A DNA stretch of 64,000 nucleotides, from NCBI GenBank assembly GCA_030041175.1, contig JASHOK010000006.1, positions 7,710 to 71,709 on the forward strand, in the 5' to 3' direction. Of the stretch, positions 1 to 9,042 are shown piece by piece. A program made the translations under genes and the position numbers. Below the pieces are notes generated by a model. It ran no database searches. It was not told where the DNA came from and saw only the letters and a list, made by a program, of their open reading frames with translations. Within the stretch, counting starts at the first letter, position 1, and each line of letters begins with the position of its first letter. This stretch comes from Thermoplasmata archaeon (GTDB taxonomy: Archaea; Thermoplasmatota; Thermoplasmata; Lutacidiplasmatales; UBA184).

Positions 1-587
1 ACCTCGACCGACTCGCCCTGAACACCGGCCCGCAGCCGGGCCATCCCGCCAATCTCGAGCGACCCGAAGGTCAGAGGCGCCGTGGTCTCGAATCTCCCGC
101 CGATTTCGATCCCCTGCCGGACGATCCCTCCGCCGACCAGGACTCGGCCGCCCACGCTGAGGCGGTTGAGTTCTACGGCACCGCGCAGCTCTGCGGAACC
201 GCCAACTTCCAGGTCCTGTCCGTGGGTCGCGCCCGCCACCTCGAGGATGCCGTCGATGTCCACATCCGGGCAGGTCAGGCTCCCTCGGATCGAGACCCCG
301 CGATCCCCCGACAGCGACTGCGCCGTCAGATCGCCGGCGATGTCAATCCGAGCATGCCGCAGCGTGAACCGGCTAGCAACGACGACGGACCCAGCGACCC
401 GCAAGCTTCCGTCCCGGACCCTGAGCTCCTGGCATTGGAGCGACCCCTCGACGGCGCCCGAACCCCAGACGGAGAGCTGGCCCGTAATCTCGATGGTCGT
501 CGAACCGGGCGGAGGTCTCAGGACCCCGCCGGGCGGCAATTCATAGTTTCCTTCGATTCGGCCCCCGGCCGGCGTCGACGTGACCAT
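1..587 (-). CDS. polymer-forming cytoskeletal (bactofilin-like) beta-helix repeat protein; 3' end runs off the window
   Basis: Absent from the ORF track because there is no stop inside the window. My own translation from ATG 587..585 gives MVTSTPAGGRIEGNYELPPGG..IEITGQLSVWGSGAVEGSL..LRVAGSVVVAS..IDIAGDLTAQ..VSIRGSLTC..LEVAGATHGQDLEVGGSAELRGAVEL..LSVGGRVLVGGGI..IEIGGRFE. This periodic hydrophobic-x-G pattern resembles bactofilin/DUF583-type proteins. The frame is open to position 1. Confidence 0.45.
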   Translation of the reverse strand, partial: MVTSTPAGGRIEGNYELPPGGVLRPPPGSTTIEITGQLSVWGSGAVEGSLQCQELRVRDGSLRVAGSVVVASRFTLRHARIDIAGDLTAQSLSGDRGVSIRGSLTCPDVDIDGILEVAGATHGQDLEVGGSAELRGAVELNRLSVGGRVLVGGGIVRQGIEIGGRFETTAPLTFGSLEIGGMARLRAGVQGESVE

Positions 588-624
588 TCACTCCCTCCGC
601 GGGTCCCTCGGGGCACAACCTTGG

Positions 625-1077
625 TCAGAGTGGCCCGGGGGCCTCCAGCAGGCGGCTGAGAGCCCTTGTCCCATAAGAGGGTGTGGCGACGGTTTGCTGC
701 TCGGAGTCGACGGACACGTTGCCCGACATCCCCGCCCGGGCCGGGGACTCTGCAGCGCCGAGGGACGAGCTCGTGGACGCGGCTTTCTCACCGTCGGGTC
801 CGGGACCGGCGGTTCTGCGGCGCTCTCGGTCACGGCCGCGGCGGCGCAAGAACGCCCAGAAGCTCGACCGGTGAGACTCTGCGTCCGCCGGCGAGCGTGG
901 CAGCGTCGCACTGAGCCACGAGGCCTCCGACCGCGAGTACTCGAGCGACGTGTAGTCCCGAAACTCGGTGGGATGGGTGTTGGTAGCACTCCAGGCGCTC
1001 AGAAGGAGCGCTTCGGGTCCATCCAACGACGATCGGGAAGAGGCTCGGGGGCTCGCGTGGGGAGTTGGTTCCGACAT
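625..1077 (-). CDS. hypothetical protein (150 aa)
   Basis: ORF sits between two same-strand genes. Third codon positions are mostly G/C by eye. No recognisable motif. Confidence 0.3.
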   Translation of the reverse strand: MSEPTPHASPRASSRSSLDGPEALLLSAWSATNTHPTEFRDYTSLEYSRSEASWLSATLPRSPADAESHRSSFWAFLRRRGRDRERRRTAGPGPDGEKAASTSSSLGAAESPARAGMSGNVSVDSEQQTVATPSYGTRALSRLLEAPGPL

Positions 1078-1137
1078 GGCGTTTCACCATGTCCAGAGAG
1101 GGGGAGGGGGGTCAAGGGGGAGACGCACCGAGGATGG

Positions 1138-1545
1138 TCACCGGGCGTTAGCTTCGGGCAACCACGGTAGCCGGGCCACGGGCGAGCGAACCACCTTGGC
1201 CGTGCCATGACTCTCGGTCGACACCGCTCGCCCCAGATGTGTCTCGAGCTCTCGGCTAAACCGGTCCGCACGGGCGAGTTCGGAGTCCGGGAGGGTCGCG
1301 GGCGCTTCCCAATAGATCGCCGCCCCGCCGCTGGTCGGCGCCACTCGGAATCTCACGACCTTGAGCCCTGCGGGCACCGAGGGGTTCATCCGGACCAGCG
1401 ACCCGGTGATCTGGGTGGAGGCGGGCTCCGCCGATTCGACCTTTTCCACGGTGAACCCGATTCCCGACAGGTAATCGGAGACGTAGCCGACGAAGCGCTC
1501 CCGCCCGATGCCTCGGACCCGGAGCCAATCGGCTGCTTCAGCCAT
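1138..1545 (-). CDS. hypothetical protein (135 aa)
   Basis: Start overlaps the stop of the upstream methyltransferase gene by 8 nt. Balanced amino-acid composition. No family recognised. Confidence 0.5.
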   Translation of the reverse strand: MAEAADWLRVRGIGRERFVGYVSDYLSGIGFTVEKVESAEPASTQITGSLVRMNPSVPAGLKVVRFRVAPTSGGAAIYWEAPATLPDSELARADRFSRELETHLGRAVSTESHGTAKVVRSPVARLPWLPEANAR

Positions 1546-2245
1546 GTCGTTTTTTCCTCATCCGGTCGATGCTTCGCACGAAGCCGAGCATCATGCGATA
1601 CTCGTGCTCGGTGGGAACGGCCCGGCCGAACAGCCGCCGGAACAACAGGGTGAGGCCCCGGCGCTTGTGCCGGGGGTAGTCGGCGGCGACCATAAGCTCA
1701 GCGAGTCGTCGGAGGAGCAGTTCTTTCTCCTGTCCGGCCAGCGAAAGGCGCTCGGGAGCGGGGGTGGTCTCCTCCCACTCGGGCCCCTCGGAACGGTGCA
1801 CCGCGTAGAGCAGAATCCCGACGGCGTGAGAGAGATTCAGCGTCGGGAAGTCGCGTCGGGCCGGGATGTGGACGATGAGGTCACAGCTCTCGAGTTCCCC
1901 CCGGGACAGGCCATTGTCCTCGGGCCCGAACACGAGCGCGATCCGGCCCTCGGCGGCATGGACGATCGCACCGAGTCGTTCGGGGTCGATCGACCGACGC
2001 AAGAAGGCGGTCGACCGTCCAAGCACCAGGTCGGTCGATCCGATCACCAGGTCACAGTCCTCCACGGCAGCGTCGAGCGATGCGGCGGTCCGCGCGCCGG
2101 TGAGAAGAGGGATCCCCCCCATCGCCCTCCGCCGCGCCTCTGGGCCCAGGGCCGCCCGAGGCCGGACCAGGACCAGGCGTTCGGCGCCGAAGTTCCGTCC
2201 GACCCGTGCGACCGCACCGACGTTCCCGTCCTCTTTCGGACGCAC
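1538..2245 (-). CDS. SpoU/TrmH-class RNA 2'-O-methyltransferase (TrmJ-like)
   Basis: Motifs NVGAVARVGRNFGAERLVLV, ALVFGPEDNGLS and IPARRDFPTLNLSHAVGILLY are typical of SPOUT methyltransferases. Confidence 0.75.
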   Translation of the reverse strand: MRPKEDGNVGAVARVGRNFGAERLVLVRPRAALGPEARRRAMGGIPLLTGARTAASLDAAVEDCDLVIGSTDLVLGRSTAFLRRSIDPERLGAIVHAAEGRIALVFGPEDNGLSRGELESCDLIVHIPARRDFPTLNLSHAVGILLYAVHRSEGPEWEETTPAPERLSLAGQEKELLLRRLAELMVAADYPRHKRRGLTLLFRRLFGRAVPTEHEYRMMLGFVRSIDRMRKKRHG

Positions 2246-2268
2246 CAGGACGATGGAAATGTGCGCGG

Positions 2269-3255
2269 TCAGCTCGCGGTCCCCTCCGAGAGGAGCCTCG
2301 CGACCATCCAGTCCACGTCGAACGGCCGAAGGTCCTCGTAGCCCTGGCCCACCCCGACGAACATGAGCGGCTTCTTGGTGACGAAAGTCGCCGAGAGCGC
2401 CGCTCCGCCCTTCGCATCGGCATCCAGTTTCGTCAGGATGAGCCCATCGATGCCCAACGCAGCCTGGAACTGCTTCACCTGCTCGAGCGTGTCGTTGCCC
2501 GACAATGCGTCGCCGACGAAGAGCGTCAGGTGCGGTTGCACGACTCGTCGGATTTTCTTCGCCTCTTCGACCAGGTTTTCGTTCGTGTGTTGTCGTCCTG
2601 CCGTATCGACGAGGACGACGTCAAGCCCTTTGGCCCGGGCGTGGGCTACCGCATCGAACGCCACGGCCGCGGGATCGCTGCCCTCCTGCTGCCGAACGAC
2701 CCTGATGCCAAGTCGCTCCCCATGCACCAGCAGCTGCTCGATGGCGCCGGCGCGGAACGTATCGCCCGCGGCGATGACGACGGTGATGTGCTGCCGCCGA
2801 AGCCAGTCCGCAAGCTTGGCCACGGTAGTGGTCTTGCCGGTACCGTTAACGCCCACTACCAGCACGACGAATGGCTTTGGGGACTGGGCCCGAATCCGTG
2901 CCACGAGGTCGATGGGCGGCTGGGCGAGGATGTTACGCACCGACGCCTCGAACGTCGACCGGATCGCCGCCTCGGCATCCGAGCCCCAGCGCAGCTTCTT
3001 TCCGGCCAGCTCCTTGCGGATGTCCTTACGGATCCGTTCGACGACCGGGAGGGCGACGTCGGACTGTAGGAGCGCAATCTCGAGGTCCTCGAGCACGGTG
3101 TCCACGGTGTCGTCGGAGAGCCGACGACCGAATCCGTCCGTCAGGCCGCTCTCCGACGCCGCGGAGCTCGGCGCACCCGCCGCGGGGGCTGGCGCCTCCG
3201 CGGACGCCTCCGGTTTGGAGGAGCCAAAGAGGCGGGACTTAATCGCTGCCCACAT
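2269..3255 (-). CDS. ftsY: signal recognition particle receptor FtsY
   Basis: SRP-GTPase motifs VVGVNGTGKTTTVAKLA, DTAGRQH and LTKLDADAKGG. Start set at MWAAIKSRLFG (ATG 3255..3253), not the longer track ORF. Lies in the conserved archaeal LX-pfdA-ftsY order. Confidence 0.9.
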   Translation of the reverse strand: MWAAIKSRLFGSSKPEASAEAPAPAAGAPSSAASESGLTDGFGRRLSDDTVDTVLEDLEIALLQSDVALPVVERIRKDIRKELAGKKLRWGSDAEAAIRSTFEASVRNILAQPPIDLVARIRAQSPKPFVVLVVGVNGTGKTTTVAKLADWLRRQHITVVIAAGDTFRAGAIEQLLVHGERLGIRVVRQQEGSDPAAVAFDAVAHARAKGLDVVLVDTAGRQHTNENLVEEAKKIRRVVQPHLTLFVGDALSGNDTLEQVKQFQAALGIDGLILTKLDADAKGGAALSATFVTKKPLMFVGVGQGYEDLRPFDVDWMVARLLSEGTAS

Positions 3256-3724
3256 CGTCCGGGCCGGAGGAAGGGCCCTGCTGCGAGCCACCCTGACTCA
3301 GCGCCTCCAGCCGGCCCGAGAGGACGTTGATACGTTCCTCGAGCGCCCGCATCTGGCCCTCGAGGTCCTGGGCAGCCTGGTCGAGCCGAGCCAGCCGGTC
3401 CGCCAGAAGCTGGCTCGCCTTCGGCCGCTCCATCTCCACCACCACACCGCTCCCGATACCGACCAGGACCCGCTCGCTCTCTCGGGGGCTCCCCCGCAGA
3501 AAGGTGTCGCCGCCAACGGGAACCAGGAGCTCCGGGTCGCTCCCAAGCCGGTCGAGCCCCTCGAGTGTCTCCCGAGCGCGGAGGTGGTCCGTGCGCGAGG
3601 CGGTGATGAGCTGATGCTGCTGGAGCATCTGGGAGAGCTGGTTGCGATACAGGTCGAGGCGCATCAGGTCGTCTCGGACCTGCTCCTCCGAGACCGGGGG
3701 CGGAGACTCCGGGGGCGTGCTCAT
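3239..3724 (-). CDS. pfdA: prefoldin alpha subunit
   Basis: Internal start MSTPPES; the ATG overlaps the LX stop as ATGA. Coiled-coil / beta-hairpin / coiled-coil layout (LDLYRNQLSQMLQQHQL...LVPVGGDTFL...GIGSGVVVEM...LEGQMRALEERINVL) typical of PfdA. Confidence 0.8.
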   Translation of the reverse strand: MSTPPESPPPVSEEQVRDDLMRLDLYRNQLSQMLQQHQLITASRTDHLRARETLEGLDRLGSDPELLVPVGGDTFLRGSPRESERVLVGIGSGVVVEMERPKASQLLADRLARLDQAAQDLEGQMRALEERINVLSGRLEALSQGGSQQGPSSGPDDVGSD

Positions 3725-3906
3725 GCCGGCGTCTGCTCCACAGACCGGATTCGAATGAGACGACGGGGCACGTGGTGGCAGCCTCCGATCACCGACAACG
3801 CCCACTCCCGAGCCGCGTCGGCGCTGGGTGCGTCGCGAACTTTCGCGAAGGCTTGCCAGCTGTTTCGGCGAGCGTAGAACTCCCCGGAGACCGTCCAGCT
3901 CGGCAT
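3721..3906 (-). CDS. rplX: 50S ribosomal protein LX (L18Ae/eL20 family)
   Basis: 61 aa. WTVSGEFYARRNSWQAFAKVRDAPSADAAREWALSVIGGCHHVPRRLIRIRSVE matches the LX pattern F..G......F.kev.a....A.e...s.iGs.H.v.R..I.I..v.e. Sits immediately upstream of pfdA-ftsY, as in many archaea. Confidence 0.7.
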   Translation of the reverse strand: MPSWTVSGEFYARRNSWQAFAKVRDAPSADAAREWALSVIGGCHHVPRRLIRIRSVEQTPA

Positions 3907-4172
3907 AGCGCCCTGCGGGCGGTCGCGCCACCCGGGCTCGCTACTTTAGCCCTTTGGGTCGGGCGAGGATTCGTCGGGGCTTGCGGGTTGGCTCGTGGTC
4001 TGTTTCATCACTCGCTCGCGGGTCTGGAACCAGCGGGCCTGCCGCTCCTCCAGGCGGAGCGCCGCAGGCGGACTGACGGAGGTCGGGGGCTCCGCTTGAG
4101 CGGGGTCGGACGAGATCGGTGGTTCCGGAGAGCCAGCGTCAAGCGTACGCTGGCCCCCTCCAGCTTCGGGGC

Positions 4173-5060
4173 TCAACCGGCGAGCTCTTCGATCCGCCGC
4201 CATTGCTGGGCTGTCTCCTCCTCAGTAAATGCCAGGGTAGGAGAGAACAGAACGGTTTCCCCCCACGTCCTCCGGGCCGCGGGGAAGTCGTCCACGAGCA
4301 ACGGTAGGACGACGCCGTCGGCGTGGGTCTGCCCCACCAGTTCGCGCACCACGGCCTCGGGTTCCGTCCCTGCGCTGCCCGTCACCCGTGCCTTCGGGTC
4401 AAAGCGAAGAAGCGTCCCGCCTACGAACAGCTCTCCGACGCCCGCCGTCACGAATGCCACGCGGCATCCACGCTTCATCATGAGGTAGGCCCCTACTGCC
4501 CCGCGGAGGCCGTCGACCAACGCGACCACCCGCCCGGCCACCCCGAGGGGGAACCCCCCGGGGCCGTCCATCCGGCTCGAGTAGAGATACGTCCGGGGGC
4601 CGCGGACCTCTACGTCGAGCTCGACGGCGGGATCGTCGAGGTCGACCGACAGTCCCCGCTCGGGCCACGCGGAGAGGATCCGCCCGCCCAGGTCCCTGGC
4701 GAGCTCCTGGCTGGTGAAGGAGTGGCTGCCGGTTCGGCGGGCCCGGATCGCAAACGAACTTCCGGGCCGCAGGAGGGAGTCAGCCCACACGAGTACCTTG
4801 GTCCGGATCCCGTCGAGGTCCGTCGGAATCTCCTCCACCGGGCTCACCGAGGTGACACCGAAGACGCGGCGTACCAACCGCATCGACTCGGGCTCGTCGG
4901 ACTCCACGTAGAGGTGCCCGTGGTCGGCCCGAAGCCGGCAGGTCCGTCCCGCGGCGAGAAACTGGGTCAGGATGTTCCGTTGCAGCGTCCGCTCGAACTC
5001 CCGCCGCACGGGGGAAGATTTGAGCGCGAGCTCGCCGTAGCGCACGAGGAAGGTAGCCAT
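4173..5060 (-). CDS. THUMP-domain ThiI-like protein with degenerate PP-loop
   Basis: N-terminus MATFLVRYGELALKS..VRREFE and the THUMP region resemble ThiI. The ThiI-like stretch GAVGAYLMMKRGC is present, but the preceding SGGxDS PP-loop reads VDGLRG. Only 295 aa. Confidence 0.7.
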   Translation of the reverse strand: MATFLVRYGELALKSSPVRREFERTLQRNILTQFLAAGRTCRLRADHGHLYVESDEPESMRLVRRVFGVTSVSPVEEIPTDLDGIRTKVLVWADSLLRPGSSFAIRARRTGSHSFTSQELARDLGGRILSAWPERGLSVDLDDPAVELDVEVRGPRTYLYSSRMDGPGGFPLGVAGRVVALVDGLRGAVGAYLMMKRGCRVAFVTAGVGELFVGGTLLRFDPKARVTGSAGTEPEAVVRELVGQTHADGVVLPLLVDDFPAARRTWGETVLFSPTLAFTEEETAQQWRRIEELAG

Positions 5061-5110
5061 CGGAAGAACGGTTAAGACGGACGCGGCTCTTCAGCGTTCG
5101 GGGCAGCTCC

Positions 5111-6922
5111 GTGGGCAGTGGCGAACGAGTGTCGTCGTCTGCTCTCTGGGACCCGTGGGCACCCGCTCGATCCCACATTACGACGGAACTCTCGCGTCGG
5201 CTCGCGGCGCGTGGCTTCCCGGAATCCGTCGAAGCGCTCGACCGGCAGCTGGAGGACGCGCCGGCCGGCGTCGCCGATTTCGGATACGCTACCCACCGCG
5301 CCGCTAAGTCGGCCGGTGTGCCGGCGGATCGGCTCGCCGCCGAGATGGCCGAGGGGTTTCCGCTGAGCGGGGGTCTCGCCCGGGTGACGTCCGACGGCGC
5401 GTACGTGAACTTTCACGCCGACACGCCGCGGTTGGTCCAGAGCACCCTCGAACTCGTCTTCGCCCGAGGCCCCGAGTATGGGCGCGGCCCCTCCCGAACC
5501 GAAAAGGCGTGTGTAGAGCACACGAGTGCGAACCCGACCGGTCCCTTCCACGTGGGCCGGGTGCGAAACGGGATCATCGGAGACACCCTGGCCCGAGTCC
5601 TCCGGGCCGCCGGCTTCCCCGTGACGACCGAGTACTACATCGACGACATGGGCCGGCAATCGGCGATGATCACCTGGATCTGGTCGATCCCCGTGGATCA
5701 ATGGCCGCCCTCCGTCCGGGAGGGCGCTCAGCCCCCGGCGGGGGCCTCGTCCACGACGGAGAAGGCGGACCGGTGGTACGGACGTCCGTACCCGTTCGTC
5801 AGTGAGCTGCTCAAGAAGGACCCGGCCGCGGCGCAGGGCGTCGCCGACCTCGTCCGGGACCTCGAATCCGGGCATCCGCCGGCCCGACATCGGGAGCTCG
5901 CCCAAGCCGTGCTGGATGGTATGCTCGCGTCGCTGGGACGGGTCGGGATCCGCTTCGACTCGTTTGTCTGGGAGTCGAGCCTCATCCAGGATGGCTCGGT
6001 CGCTCGGGTCATCGAACGGCTCCGAAAGGCACCGCATGCCGTCATCGAGGACAACGGCGCCCTCGTGCTCGACGCGCGCGAGTACGGCTTGCCGAAGGAG
6101 ACGGCCAAGATCGTGGTCACTCGCGGGGACGGGACCTCCCTATATCCGACCCGGGACGTGGCGTATCATCTCCAGAAATTTTCTCGATTTGCCCGGGTCA
6201 TCGATGTATTGGGGCAGGACCACCAGTTGCATGCCCGGACTCTGGCCGCCATGCTCGCCGAGATCGGTGAGACGCAGGTGCCGGAGTTCGTCATCTACCA
6301 GGACATCACGGTCCCGGAGGGCGGCCGGATGTCGACGCGCAAGGGCCGGGCCGTCTATCTGGACGACCTGCTGGACGAGGCAGTAGAACGTGCGAAGTCC
6401 GAGGTGCTGAAGCGACGGGAGGACCTCCCCGCGGAACAGGTGGCGGAGATCGCCGAGCACGTCGGCGCCGGAGCCGTGCGGTACCACATCCTGCGGGTGG
6501 CTCCTGACAAGCCCGTCAAGTTCCGATGGGAAGAAGCGCTCTCGTTCGAGGGACGCAGCGGCCCGTTCGTACAGTACGCGTATGCGAGGGCGGCCAGCAT
6601 CCTTCGGAAGGCCGGCCTGACCGGTCCCCCCGTAGGGTTCAACGCCGACGCGATCGCGGGATCCGAGGAGACGTCGCTGGTCCGCGTACTCGCCCGACTT
6701 CCCGGCACCGTGCAGTACGCGGCTCGGACGGCCCACGTACATACGCTCGCGACCTACGCCCACGAAGTGGCCGAGTCGTTCAATCGGTTCTATCAGAGCA
6801 CGCCGGTGCTGCGAGCGGACGAACCCGTCCGGACGGCTCGGCTCGCGCTGGTGGCGGCCGCCCGCCAGACGATAGGCAACGTACTCGACTACGTCGGCCT
6901 CGAACGTCTCGAACGCATGTGA
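5111..6922 (+). CDS. argS: arginine--tRNA ligase
   Basis: Class I motifs HTSANPTGPFHVGRVRN (HIGH) and MSTRKG (KMSK-like). DALR-type C-terminus ends in M, as is typical for ArgS. Confidence 0.9.
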   Translation: MGSGERVSSSALWDPWAPARSHITTELSRRLAARGFPESVEALDRQLEDAPAGVADFGYATHRAAKSAGVPADRLAAEMAEGFPLSGGLARVTSDGAYVNFHADTPRLVQSTLELVFARGPEYGRGPSRTEKACVEHTSANPTGPFHVGRVRNGIIGDTLARVLRAAGFPVTTEYYIDDMGRQSAMITWIWSIPVDQWPPSVREGAQPPAGASSTTEKADRWYGRPYPFVSELLKKDPAAAQGVADLVRDLESGHPPARHRELAQAVLDGMLASLGRVGIRFDSFVWESSLIQDGSVARVIERLRKAPHAVIEDNGALVLDAREYGLPKETAKIVVTRGDGTSLYPTRDVAYHLQKFSRFARVIDVLGQDHQLHARTLAAMLAEIGETQVPEFVIYQDITVPEGGRMSTRKGRAVYLDDLLDEAVERAKSEVLKRREDLPAEQVAEIAEHVGAGAVRYHILRVAPDKPVKFRWEEALSFEGRSGPFVQYAYARAASILRKAGLTGPPVGFNADAIAGSEETSLVRVLARLPGTVQYAARTAHVHTLATYAHEVAESFNRFYQSTPVLRADEPVRTARLALVAAARQTIGNVLDYVGLERLERM

Positions 6923-7611
6923 GGTCGGCGCAGCAGCGGATCGACTGTTCCGGCTTCCGCGAAGCCCTTCGCACGGAGTGCGCAGGAGTCGCACCTTCCG
7001 CAGGGCACTCGGCCCCCCGCATAGCAGCTCCACGTCAGTTCCCAGGGAACGCCCAGCCGGTCGCCGAGCCGCACGATCTCCGCCTTGGAAAGCCGGAGTA
7101 ACGGGGCTTCGACCCGGACGTTCCACCGACGCTCGACGCCGGCCTTGGTCGCCAGACGTGCCAGATGCTCAAAGGAGCGGAAGTATTCGGGACGGCAGTC
7201 GGGGTACCCCGAGTAATCGATCGCGTTCGCTCCGATATAGATCGAGTCGGCACCGAGGCTCTCTGCATAGCCGAGGGCGACCGAGAGCAGGATCGTGTTA
7301 CGGGCCGGTACGTACGTGGACGGGATGTCGGCTCGGCCACGACCGGCCCGGGCTCGGGGTAGCGGCCGGGTCCGATCGGTCAGCGACGACCGCAGGAGGC
7401 TCCCGATGGGGAGGCGGACCACTTCGTGGCTGGCCGCGTGGAAGAATTGCGACAGCTGTCGGGCACTCCGGAGCTCCCGGGCGTGACGCTGCCCGTACAT
7501 CATCGTGAGGCAGTGGACGGGCCCCGCGGTGGCGGAGGCGATGGCGAGCGCCGTGGCAGAGTCCATCCCCCCCGAAAGCAGTACGACCGCGCCCGGTTGC
7601 CGGGCCGTCAC
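6889..7611 (-). CDS. queC: 7-cyano-7-deazaguanine synthase
   Basis: PP-loop VVLLSGGMDSATA and C-terminal Zn cluster SCYAGGRVPCGRCDSCALR. GTG start overlaps the upstream gene stop (GTGA). Confidence 0.9.
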   Translation of the reverse strand: MTARQPGAVVLLSGGMDSATALAIASATAGPVHCLTMMYGQRHARELRSARQLSQFFHAASHEVVRLPIGSLLRSSLTDRTRPLPRARAGRGRADIPSTYVPARNTILLSVALGYAESLGADSIYIGANAIDYSGYPDCRPEYFRSFEHLARLATKAGVERRWNVRVEAPLLRLSKAEIVRLGDRLGVPWELTWSCYAGGRVPCGRCDSCALRAKGFAEAGTVDPLLRRPHMRSRRSRPT

Positions 7612-8432
7612 GTCAGGCTCCCGCCGAGCGCCACCAGTAGGCCGGCGCCCACGAGCACGGTGAGCGCCATGGCGAGCAGATTCGTTCCGCCCTTCGTGAG
7701 CAGCGAGCGATTTTCGAGGGTTTCCCCGAGCAGGCTATCGAGCTGGCATCCGATGAAGCCGGCGAGGAGCACCCCAAAGACGTACGTGCCGACCAACGGG
7801 GTCGCCGCCGAGAACAGCCGGAAAAGTCCCGCGCCGACGAGGGCGGTGGTGAACGCGCCGACGAAGGCCCAGGCCTCGCCCAAGGCGGACACCCCGCCGT
7901 TCGTGCCGGCCGACACGGCACGACCGGTGAGCAGACTGCGGGCCCGTCCCGTGAGGACGCCGAACTCACTCGCGAAGGTATCGGCGGCACCGAAAGCCAA
8001 TGCGGAGGTGTAGAGGAAGGCGGTCGCGGCCTCGGAGAGAACCGTCGGGGCTATCCAGGCGATCGCGACAAGGCCGGTCGGAACGATCACGTGCGCAAGG
8101 ACGTTCGTCACCCCGCGTTCCCCATGCGTGCCCTCCTGGACGTTCTTGCGCCGCTTGTCCTCGAATCGGTATCGCGTGGCCAAGACGCTCGCCACGACGA
8201 AGAGGACGAGCAGGGCAAGGTACGGGAACCCCCCAACGATCACGATGAAGCTGCCGAACAGCGTGGCCACGACACCGGCCAGCAGCGTCAAGGCCTCGGC
8301 ACGCACCGCGCCCGCCGAAAGGGCTACCGTAACGGCAACGCCGACCAGTGCAGGAAAAAGCTGGAGCACCACGAGGGTCTCCGCGCGGGGAGCCGGCCCC
8401 CCTTTAGAAGCTTTCGCGAGGCCGCCGGTCAC
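7608..8432 (-). CDS. DUF92/TMEM19-family integral membrane protein
   Basis: Multi-TM protein with ERGVTNVLAH, AFGAADTFASEFG and GTNGGVSALGE, which resemble the DUF92 signature. 4-nt overlaps with both neighbours. Confidence 0.7.
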   Translation of the reverse strand: MTGGLAKASKGGPAPRAETLVVLQLFPALVGVAVTVALSAGAVRAEALTLLAGVVATLFGSFIVIVGGFPYLALLVLFVVASVLATRYRFEDKRRKNVQEGTHGERGVTNVLAHVIVPTGLVAIAWIAPTVLSEAATAFLYTSALAFGAADTFASEFGVLTGRARSLLTGRAVSAGTNGGVSALGEAWAFVGAFTTALVGAGLFRLFSAATPLVGTYVFGVLLAGFIGCQLDSLLGETLENRSLLTKGGTNLLAMALTVLVGAGLLVALGGSLT

Positions 8433-9007
8433 CCTCGGTGGAGGACTGCTGTCGCCGCAGTACCGAAGTCGGCTCGCTCGACATCCGGGCGGACCCCTCG
8501 TTGGGACAGCTCGGCCGCTACCAGCGACTCATGCGCTACCTCCGGGACGAGCACGGTAAAGAGCCCGAGACGCGCCCCGGCCTCGACGTCCGCCGCCCGG
8601 TCGCCGATCACCGCACTCGTCCGGAAGTCAATGCTCCACTCCGCGGCGGCCCGCAGAAAGAGCGCGGTTCCAGGTTTTCGGCACTCGCAGTTCTGTTCCG
8701 GTGTGTGTGGGCAGTAGTAGAACGCATCCACGTGAGCGCGATAGGCAGAAAGCCGCTCATTCAGCCGGCGATGGATGGCGTGGACGGTCTCTTCGGTGAA
8801 GAGGCCCCGACCCACGCCGGACTGGTTCGTGATACAAATGATCGCGTAGTCATGCTGCCGGAGTAGTCGGAGGCCATCGCCCACGCCTCGCGTCACTTCG
8901 GCGGCCTCCGGGTTGCCGAGGTAGTGCAGGTCGGGCATCAACGTGCCGTCCCGGTCGACGAAGACCGCCCGGCGCTTCGGCTGGGCTGGCGCGGAGGATC
9001 CGCTCAC
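8429..9007 (-). CDS. HAD-IIIA phosphatase (D,D-heptose 1,7-bisphosphate phosphatase / histidinol-phosphatase-like)
   Basis: Motifs AVFVDRDGTL, ICITNQSGVGRG, CPHTPEQNCECRKPG and IGDRAADVEAG. Confidence 0.75.
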   Translation of the reverse strand: MSGSSAPAQPKRRAVFVDRDGTLMPDLHYLGNPEAAEVTRGVGDGLRLLRQHDYAIICITNQSGVGRGLFTEETVHAIHRRLNERLSAYRAHVDAFYYCPHTPEQNCECRKPGTALFLRAAAEWSIDFRTSAVIGDRAADVEAGARLGLFTVLVPEVAHESLVAAELSQRGVRPDVERADFGTAATAVLHRG

Positions 9008-9042
9008 GGCTCGCGGGTTGGCTTAGTACTCTTAACCCTAGC

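Noticed and set aside
2363-3877. 504-aa plus-strand ORF
   Set aside because: It is antisense to ftsY, pfdA and LX, which all have clear family signatures. The product is S/R/A/T-rich with no motifs.
3946-4203. 85-aa minus-strand ORF between the ThiI-like gene and LX, where rpl31e or eIF6 might be expected
   Set aside because: The sequence resembles neither L31e nor eIF6. It is P/S/A/E-rich and overlaps the ThiI-like 3' end by 31 nt. Codon bias is only mildly supportive, so it is left uncalled.
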